DNA of 64,000 nucleotides from Armatimonadota bacterium (GTDB lineage Bacteria; Armatimonadota; Fimbriimonadia; Fimbriimonadales; GBS-DC): NCBI GenBank assembly GCA_037444405.1, contig JBBIML010000009.1, positions 1 to 64,000 of the forward strand, read 5' to 3'. Shown piece by piece: positions 57,629 to 64,000 of this stretch (position 1 is its first letter; each line of letters starts with the position of its first letter). The notes under the pieces were generated by a model. It saw only the letters and a program-made list of their open reading frames with translations, ran no database searches and was not told where the DNA came from. The position numbers and the translations under genes were made by a program.

Positions 57629-59224
57629 ATGGAAACGATTATCTGGATAACCGCTGTCATTATTGCGGCTGGTTTATCGGCAGGTATCAGCTATCGAGTC
57701 GCGGTGCGACGGTTCCAGCAGAACCTCACCGTGCAGGCAGAGGACTGGATTCAGCAAGCACGGAATCAGCTCGAAGAGGCACAACGGATCAGGGCAACGG
57801 TGGAGCAGGAGCGGGCGCAGTTCGAGCGCGAGCGCGAGACGCTCATGCGCGAGACGCTGCTCAAAGCCCGCGAGGAAGCCCAGACCATCCGCGAGCAGAC
57901 CGAGCAGGAGCTGCGCGAGAAACGCAACGAGGTGCTGCGACTCGAACAGCGACTGCTCCAGCGCGAAGAGCTGCTCGAACACCGATTCGAACTGCTGGAG
58001 CAGAAGGAGCAGGCGCTGCTGGAGCGCGAAGCGCTGCTTACCAAGAAGCAGGGCGAACTGCGCGAGCTGATGGCGCAACGGCGTTTCGAACTGGAGCGCA
58101 TCAGCGGCATGAGCGCGGACCAGGCGCGCGAACTGCTGCTGAACGAGTTTCGGGACGAGCTGGAACATGAGGCAGCTATCCTTGCCCGCCAGATCGAGGA
58201 GGAGACCCGCCGCGACGCCGAACGCCGTGCCAAACAGATTATCCTCGACGCTATCCAGCGCTGCGTGGTCGAACATGTCGGCGCGAACACCATCACGATT
58301 ATCCACCTGCCCAGCGATGAGATGAAGGGGCGCATCATCGGACGCGAGGGACGCAATGTGCGCCATTTTGAGCATGTAACGGGCGTCGATGTGATTGTCG
58401 ACGACACGCCCGAAGCGGTGGTGCTGTCATCGTTTGACCCTGTGCGCCGCGAGATCGCCCGCATGACGCTGGTGAACCTTATTCAGGATGGGCGCATCCA
58501 TCCTGCGCGAATCGAGGAGGAGTACGAGCGCGCTCGCGTCGAGATCGAGCGGCGCATCTGGCAGGCGGGCGAGGAAGCCGTGCTGCAGGTCGGGCTGACA
58601 GGCATGCACCCTGAGGTGGTACGCACGCTGGGCAAGCTGCGCTACCGCACCAGCTACGCCCAGAATGTGCTGGACCACTCCATCGAGGTCGCCCAGATCG
58701 CGGGGCTGCTCGCCGCTGAACTCAAGCTCGATACGCGCATCGCCAAACGCGCCGCCCTGCTGCACGACATCGGCAAAGCGCTCGACAACGCCACCGAGGG
58801 TCCCCACGCGATTGGGGGCATGGAGTTCCTGCAGCGCTACGGCGAATCTGAAATTGTGTGCAACGCCGTCGGCGCCCACCACTTCGATATCGAGCCTGCC
58901 AGCCTCGAAGCGCATGTGGTGATTATCGCCGACTCCATCTCGGCGGCGCGCCCCGGCGCACGGCGCGAATCGCTCCAGCAGTACCTGCGCCGCATGCAGG
59001 AGCTGGAGCGAATCGCCATGAGCTTCGACGGCGTGGAGAAGGTGTACGCGGTTCAGGCGGGACGCGAGGTGCGCGTGCTGGTCAAACCGAACGAGGTGGA
59101 TGACCTGCGCGCCCATCAGCTCGCCCGCGAAATCGCCCACAAAATCCAGTCCGAGCTGGAGTACCCCGGACAGGTGAAGGTAACGGTCATTCGCGAGGTG
59201 CGCGCCCATCATATCGCGCATTGA
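57629..59224 (+). CDS. rny: Ribonuclease Y
   Basis: TM segment, coiled coil, KH domain KGRIIGREGRN, HD domain LLHDIGK, SAARPGAR. Confidence 0.97.
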   Translation: METIIWITAVIIAAGLSAGISYRVAVRRFQQNLTVQAEDWIQQARNQLEEAQRIRATVEQERAQFERERETLMRETLLKAREEAQTIREQTEQELREKRNEVLRLEQRLLQREELLEHRFELLEQKEQALLEREALLTKKQGELRELMAQRRFELERISGMSADQARELLLNEFRDELEHEAAILARQIEEETRRDAERRAKQIILDAIQRCVVEHVGANTITIIHLPSDEMKGRIIGREGRNVRHFEHVTGVDVIVDDTPEAVVLSSFDPVRREIARMTLVNLIQDGRIHPARIEEEYERARVEIERRIWQAGEEAVLQVGLTGMHPEVVRTLGKLRYRTSYAQNVLDHSIEVAQIAGLLAAELKLDTRIAKRAALLHDIGKALDNATEGPHAIGGMEFLQRYGESEIVCNAVGAHHFDIEPASLEAHVVIIADSISAARPGARRESLQQYLRRMQELERIAMSFDGVEKVYAVQAGREVRVLVKPNEVDDLRAHQLAREIAHKIQSELEYPGQVKVTVIREVRAHHIAH

Positions 59225-59229
59225 GCCGT

Positions 59230-59255
59230 GCGGGGGTAGGACACCCTGCCCCCGC
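59230..59255 (+). terminator. Hairpin after rny
   Basis: GCGGGGGTAGG-ACAC-CCTGCCCCCGC. Confidence 0.5.
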
Positions 59256-59328
59256 GCCAGAACGGGTATACTTCTGGAGCAACCTTCGGGAGCAAGCAAA
59301 CAACGCTTTTATGGGAGGTCATTCAATC

Positions 59329-60261
59329 GTGAGCGATGTGGTTATCAAAACGGTTAACCTGACCAAGCGCTACTCCAGCTGGTGGGGTAGCCAGACGGTG
59401 GACGCCGTGAAAAACCTCAATCTGGAGGTGTATCGCGGCGAGATTTTCGGCTTTCTGGGTCCCAACGGCGCGGGCAAGACGACCACCATCAAGGTGCTGC
59501 TGGGCATTCTATATCCCACTTCCGGCGAAGCCTATGTGCTGGGCAAGCCGGCGGGCGATTCGGAGACCCACTATCGCCTGAGCTATCTGCCCGAAAACCC
59601 CTACTTCTACGAATATATGACGGGCAAGGAGATTCTCACCTTCTACGCGCGCCTGTTTGGCATCCCGGAGCCGGAGCGCAGCAAGCGCGTGGATCAGCTG
59701 CTCGATCGGGTCGGGCTGTCCCGCGCGGCGAACCAGCCCCTGCGCAACTACTCCAAGGGCATGCTCCAGCGAATCGGGCTGGCGCAGTGCCTGCTGAACG
59801 ACCCCGAACTGTTGATCCTGGACGAGCCGACCGCAGGGCTGGACCCCATCGCCCACATCGACATCCGCGACCTGATACTGGAGCTGCGCGAGCAGGGCAA
59901 AACGCTCTTTATCAGCTCGCACCAGCTCTCCGATGTGGAGATTGTGTGCGACCGCGTGGCAATCCTCAATAAGGGCGAACTGGTTCAGCTGGGCAAGCTC
60001 GAAGACCTGCTCTCCGGCGGCTATGTGGAGATGATTGCCGAGAAGGTGGGCGAGAATGTGCTGGAGCCAATCCGTCAGCTGGGCGGGCGACCCAGCCTGC
60101 ACGACGGACGCCTGATCGTCGAACAGCCCGACGACGGCTCCATCGACCGTGTGATTGATCTGGTGCGGGCGAACGGCGGACACATCATCAGCGTCAAGCC
60201 CTACCGTCGCACGCTCGAAGACCTGTTCGTGGAAACCATTCAGGGAGGGCGCAAACGATGA
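59329..60261 (+). CDS. ABC-2 type exporter ATP-binding protein
   Basis: GPNGAGKTT, YSKGMLQR, LDEP; GGGAGG RBS before the GTG at 59329. Confidence 0.92.
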   Translation: MSDVVIKTVNLTKRYSSWWGSQTVDAVKNLNLEVYRGEIFGFLGPNGAGKTTTIKVLLGILYPTSGEAYVLGKPAGDSETHYRLSYLPENPYFYEYMTGKEILTFYARLFGIPEPERSKRVDQLLDRVGLSRAANQPLRNYSKGMLQRIGLAQCLLNDPELLILDEPTAGLDPIAHIDIRDLILELREQGKTLFISSHQLSDVEIVCDRVAILNKGELVQLGKLEDLLSGGYVEMIAEKVGENVLEPIRQLGGRPSLHDGRLIVEQPDDGSIDRVIDLVRANGGHIISVKPYRRTLEDLFVETIQGGRKR

Positions 60262-61037
60262 ACGCCACTTTTGCGATTGCGGGTGCAACCTTTGGCGAAG
60301 CGGTGCGCAAGCGCGTGCTGATGGTCATCTTGCTAACCGCGCTGGTGATTATTCTGATCAGCCCCGCGTTCGAGCCGTTCGCCGGACGCGGGCAACGCAC
60401 GCTGGTGCTGAGCTTCGGCTTCGGCATTATTCAGCTGGCTGGAACCTTCATCGCGATTATCCTCTGCACAGGGCTGATCCCCAACGAGATTGAGCGGCGC
60501 ACCATCTACACCATTCTATCCAAGCCGGTTCAGCGGTGGCAGTTCGTGCTGGGCAAGCTGCTCGGCGCGATTGGCACGCTCGCCTTCATCTACGCCATGA
60601 TGGGGCTGGTGTTCCTGCTGGTGACACGCCTGTCGCTGGGCGAGTTCAACATCGATGTGCTGAAAGGCATCGTGATGTTCTTCTTCCAGAGTTCGCTGCT
60701 GGCTGCCGTCACGCTCTTCTTCTCCACCTTCGTCTCGCCGCTGGTGAACTACTTCCTGTCGGCGGGCGTGTTCCTGATGGGCAACCTGATGAGTACTTTT
60801 CTGGAAACGATTCAGCGCAATCCTGAAGTGACGCCGCTCACGCGCGTGCCCGTGCAGATTCTTACCCTCATACTGCCCAACTTCGCCAACTTCAACATCC
60901 AGAACCCCATCATCAATCCCGAACAGGTGCTGACCGACGAGACGGCGTACTTCATCCAGACGATTGCCTACGCGATTGTGTATATCGCGCTGCTGCTGGT
61001 GGGCAGCATCCTGATTTTCAATCAGCGGGAGATGTGA
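60258..61037 (+). CDS. ABC-2 type permease
   Basis: EIERRTIYTILSKPVQRWQFVLGK; about 6 TM segments. Confidence 0.9.
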   Translation: MNATFAIAGATFGEAVRKRVLMVILLTALVIILISPAFEPFAGRGQRTLVLSFGFGIIQLAGTFIAIILCTGLIPNEIERRTIYTILSKPVQRWQFVLGKLLGAIGTLAFIYAMMGLVFLLVTRLSLGEFNIDVLKGIVMFFFQSSLLAAVTLFFSTFVSPLVNYFLSAGVFLMGNLMSTFLETIQRNPEVTPLTRVPVQILTLILPNFANFNIQNPIINPEQVLTDETAYFIQTIAYAIVYIALLLVGSILIFNQREM

Positions 61038-61041
61038 GACG

Positions 61042-62253
61042 ATGAGACGGTCATCGCGTGGTCTCTGGCTAACGGCTTTGATTCTGTTGCTGGTTCAGGC
61101 GGGTCTGCAGTGGCGCATTTTACCGCTCTGGAGCAAGAACTACGCACCGAAGCAGGCGGCTCCCGTGGGGCTGTCGCCTGACCAGCTGCTGGTTGCTTTT
61201 GCGGGCTTCCGCGAGTTCCTGGCAGGCATGCTCTGGGTGCGGGCGGACGGCTTCTTCCATTCGGGCAACTACGACGCCATCCTGCCCATGCTGCGACTGG
61301 TAACATGGCTCGATCCGCACAACATCGATGTCTACACCACCGGCGCATGGCATATGGGCTATAACTTCACCGACGAAGCGCAGCGCTCCGACCGACGCTA
61401 CATCCCGCTCGCCCTCAAGTTCCTGGACGAAGGCATCGAAAACAACCCGAATGTGTGGGACCTCTACTTCGAGATGGGCTGGATGTATTTCCACAAGATT
61501 CAGGACCCTGTGAGCGCGGTGCCGTGGCTGCAGAAAGCGAACTCGTTCCCCGATATGATCCCTGCGCGACGCCACACGCTGGCACACGCGCTGTTCAAAG
61601 CGGGTCGCTTCGATGAAGCCATCGACACCTGGGGGCAGCTGCTTTTGGACGCCGAAAAAACGCGCCACAAAGATTGGGAAGGACATGTCCTGTTCGACAA
61701 TCGCCTGAAGAACTTCCTGGAGACGGTGCTGGATGTAACTCGCCGATACGGTCCGGAACCAGAGACTCAGCCGCCGCTGGATATGGAGTTCGATGCGACG
61801 GTCAAAGTGGTACGCCCGCGCGTGATTCTGGTCGAGGGACGGCTCGCCATCCCCACGATAGGTGCGCGCGTCACGGTTATCCTGCGCGACAAGGGCAGAA
61901 CCATCAACTACTCTCCCAAAGCGCTCAAGGTCTTCTCCTTCGAAATCGATAAGAACCTCACCTATATGCAGGATTCGCTGGCAGTGCGGGAGATGAAGTT
62001 CCGCCGCGAGATCGACATGAGCAAAGACCCGAAGATGTACCCCTTCAAGGCGCCCGAATATGAGGTGGAGTTCATCTTCGACCCGCGCTACGCCTCGCCC
62101 CAGATTCAGGATCGCATCGGCACCGATGGCGTCGGCATGACTGACAGGCGCTATCTGGACACCAGCGACCCGTCCGCCCGCATGTTGCGCAAGGTCGTCA
62201 CGCTCACCCGCGAGGAGATTCTGATGATTGGCAGGCGAGCGTCAGCACAGTAG
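61042..62253 (+). CDS. TPR-containing membrane-anchored protein
   Basis: N-terminal TM segment; LDP...ALKFLDEGIENNP...ELGW-like TPR helices. Confidence 0.7.
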   Translation: MRRSSRGLWLTALILLLVQAGLQWRILPLWSKNYAPKQAAPVGLSPDQLLVAFAGFREFLAGMLWVRADGFFHSGNYDAILPMLRLVTWLDPHNIDVYTTGAWHMGYNFTDEAQRSDRRYIPLALKFLDEGIENNPNVWDLYFEMGWMYFHKIQDPVSAVPWLQKANSFPDMIPARRHTLAHALFKAGRFDEAIDTWGQLLLDAEKTRHKDWEGHVLFDNRLKNFLETVLDVTRRYGPEPETQPPLDMEFDATVKVVRPRVILVEGRLAIPTIGARVTVILRDKGRTINYSPKALKVFSFEIDKNLTYMQDSLAVREMKFRREIDMSKDPKMYPFKAPEYEVEFIFDPRYASPQIQDRIGTDGVGMTDRRYLDTSDPSARMLRKVVTLTREEILMIGRRASAQ

Positions 62254-62292
62254 CCCGGGCGTCTCGCCCGTATAGCTGACGGTGAACAGGCG

Positions 62293-63198
62293 ATGCGGTT
62301 CCCACTTGAAGGCAGTGAGCGATTGCACAACCCTGGCGGGCGATTACGCCTGCTCTGGCAGGAGCGCAATATCGTGGTAATGCCCGGCGTCTATAACGCG
62401 ATCCTGGCGCGACTGGTGCAGTATCACGGCTTCGAGGCGGTCTATATTTCGGGCGCGGGCGTAACCAACAGCCTGCTCGGATTGCCTGATCACGCTTTTA
62501 TTACACTCCCAGAGATGGCGCAGGTGTGCGGTTATATCACCAGCGTCATCTCCATCCCTGCGGTTGCCGATGCCGACACGGGCTATGGCGAGGCGTTGCA
62601 GGTTGCCCGCGCGGTGCAGATGCTGGAGCGGGCAGGGCTGGCAGGCATCCATATCGAGGATCAGCTGAACCCGAAGCGGTGCGGGCATTTAGAGGGCAAA
62701 GAACTGATCCCCACCGAAGCGATGGTCGCCAGGATTCGCGCGGCATTACGGGCGCGTGAGAACCCCGACTTCGTGATTATCGCTCGCACCGACGCGCGCG
62801 CGGTGGAGGGTCTGCAGGGCGCTATTGACCGTGCCCGCGCATACGCCGACGCAGGCGCCGACGCCATCTTCCCCGAAGCGTTGCAATCGCCTGACGAGTT
62901 CGAACGGTTCGCGCGCGCCGTGCCGCTGCCCCTGATGGCGAACATGACCGAGTTCGGCAAAACGCCCTATATCAGCGTCCGCGAGTTCGCCCAGCTGGGC
63001 TACAAGATGGTCATCTTCCCGATGACGCTCTTTCGCGTGATGATGAAAGCCGCCGAGCATGCGCTCGCCACGCTCAAAGCGGAGGGCAGCCAGCGCTCGC
63101 TTCTGGAGGCGATGCAGACCCGCGCCGAGCTGTATGAGCTGCTGGAGTACGAGCGATTTCTGGAGTTTGACCGTGCAATGGGTGAGGAATCGCCATGA
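62293..63198 (+). CDS. prpB: 2-methylisocitrate lyase
   Basis: YISGAG, DADTGYG, IEDQ, KRCGH, ARTDA and NMTEFGKTP motifs. Confidence 0.92.
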   Translation: MRFPLEGSERLHNPGGRLRLLWQERNIVVMPGVYNAILARLVQYHGFEAVYISGAGVTNSLLGLPDHAFITLPEMAQVCGYITSVISIPAVADADTGYGEALQVARAVQMLERAGLAGIHIEDQLNPKRCGHLEGKELIPTEAMVARIRAALRARENPDFVIIARTDARAVEGLQGAIDRARAYADAGADAIFPEALQSPDEFERFARAVPLPLMANMTEFGKTPYISVREFAQLGYKMVIFPMTLFRVMMKAAEHALATLKAEGSQRSLLEAMQTRAELYELLEYERFLEFDRAMGEESP

Positions 63199-64000
63199 GC
63201 GGTTATGTAGCGGACAAGTTGCAACGGGTGACGCCTGCCTATCCCGATGATAGCCTGCTGCGGGCAGCGGAGTTGCTCACCCAGGGCGGCGCGGGCGTGC
63301 TGCCGATTGTGGTGGCAGGCGAGCCAGTCGGGGTGCTGACCGAGGAGCGGCTGCGCGACGCGCTCGCCAGCGGCGCCCACTGGAGCGAACCCGTCGCCCG
63401 CTGGATGGAAAACGCCTTCATCCCTGTGCCCATCGATGCGCCCGCCGAGACCGCCATCGAACAGCTGGTCGACTCCTCACGACCTGCGCTGGGGGTTGAT
63501 CCCTGGGGGCGCTATGTGGGCGTGGTGAATGTCGCCAGCCTCATCGGTCGCCCCCATGCGAGTGTATCGGTCGGCACGATTGGCGGGATGGCGACCCCGC
63601 TCGGCGTCTATCTGACCAACGGCATGGTGCGCGCGGGCGCAAGCGACCTCGGGCTGGCGCTCACAGGCGCACTGCTGTTCCTGCTCTTTCTCGCTGCCAG
63701 CTGGATCGTGGTCGGCGGCGCCCGCTGGGTGCAGACACAGTTCAACATCCCGCTGTTGAGCTACTACGATTCGCCCTACGCCTACACCTGGCTGGCGAGC
63801 GACCTGATGGGGCTGGTGCTGCGCGCGTCGGAGTTCGTGCTGTTCCTGCTGTTGATGCGCCTGCTACCGATAGCGGGCACGCACGCGGCGGAGCATATGG
63901 TGGTGCATGCGATTGAGCGGGGCGAGCCACTGGTGCTGGAGGTGGTGCGCCGCATGCCACGCGTGCACCCGCGCTGCGGCACGAACCTGGTGGCAGGGGT
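63195..64000 (+). CDS. CBS-pair plus DUF1385 domain protein (runs off the window)
   Basis: Translated by hand: CBS-like DDSLLRAAELL...LPIV...VGVLTEERL, then IGGMA, TM segments and HAAEHMVVHAIERG...HPRCGTN. Confidence 0.8.
   Translation, partial: MSGYVADKLQRVTPAYPDDSLLRAAELLTQGGAGVLPIVVAGEPVGVLTEERLRDALASGAHWSEPVARWMENAFIPVPIDAPAETAIEQLVDSSRPALGVDPWGRYVGVVNVASLIGRPHASVSVGTIGGMATPLGVYLTNGMVRAGASDLGLALTGALLFLLFLAASWIVVGGARWVQTQFNIPLLSYYDSPYAYTWLASDLMGLVLRASEFVLFLLLMRLLPIAGTHAAEHMVVHAIERGEPLVLEVVRRMPRVHPRCGTNLVAG

Overview
GC-rich bacterial chromosomal window. The PEP-CTERM/exosortase system, Kdo transferase and paralogous prepilin-like proteins suggest a diderm such as Armatimonadota (inference). 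Most of it is housekeeping: ubiA-like/gtrA/exosortase/epsI, ispA, M32 peptidase, rpsP-khpA-rimM-DUF374-waaA, carB, tpiA, gatCA, nrdR-nrdJ, tRNA-Leu/tRNA-Met, livKHMGF, recX-rny, an ABC/TPR module and prpB. Three accessory regions stand out. (1) A 12 kb DISARM-like three-gene island (29.7-41.9 kb): an SNF2 helicase with an amber stop at a conserved Gln, a large N6-adenine MTase, and a giant DUF1998 helicase fused to a Vsr/DUF559-like nuclease, with a covarying 4x46-nt repeat cluster between the last two genes. (2) An ECF-sigma-headed cassette (46.9-50.45 kb). A GC-rich leader ending in ELSGGG, encoded by a G8 tract, joins an AT-rich 12-Cys cargo, followed by membrane proteins and two prepilin-like paralogs. 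It may be a polymorphic, phase-variable export system. (3) A frameshifted Clp-type ATPase fused to a receiver domain, behind a truncated mini-ORF. Also seen: a recurrent sigma-H-like motif (RCAGGA-N16/17-CGWA, 7 copies), palindromic repeats inserted in-frame in proteins, tandem NrdR boxes, a bacterial Trm1-like gene and a Ro60/TROVE remnant. All calls rest on motif recognition by eye; no database searches were run.
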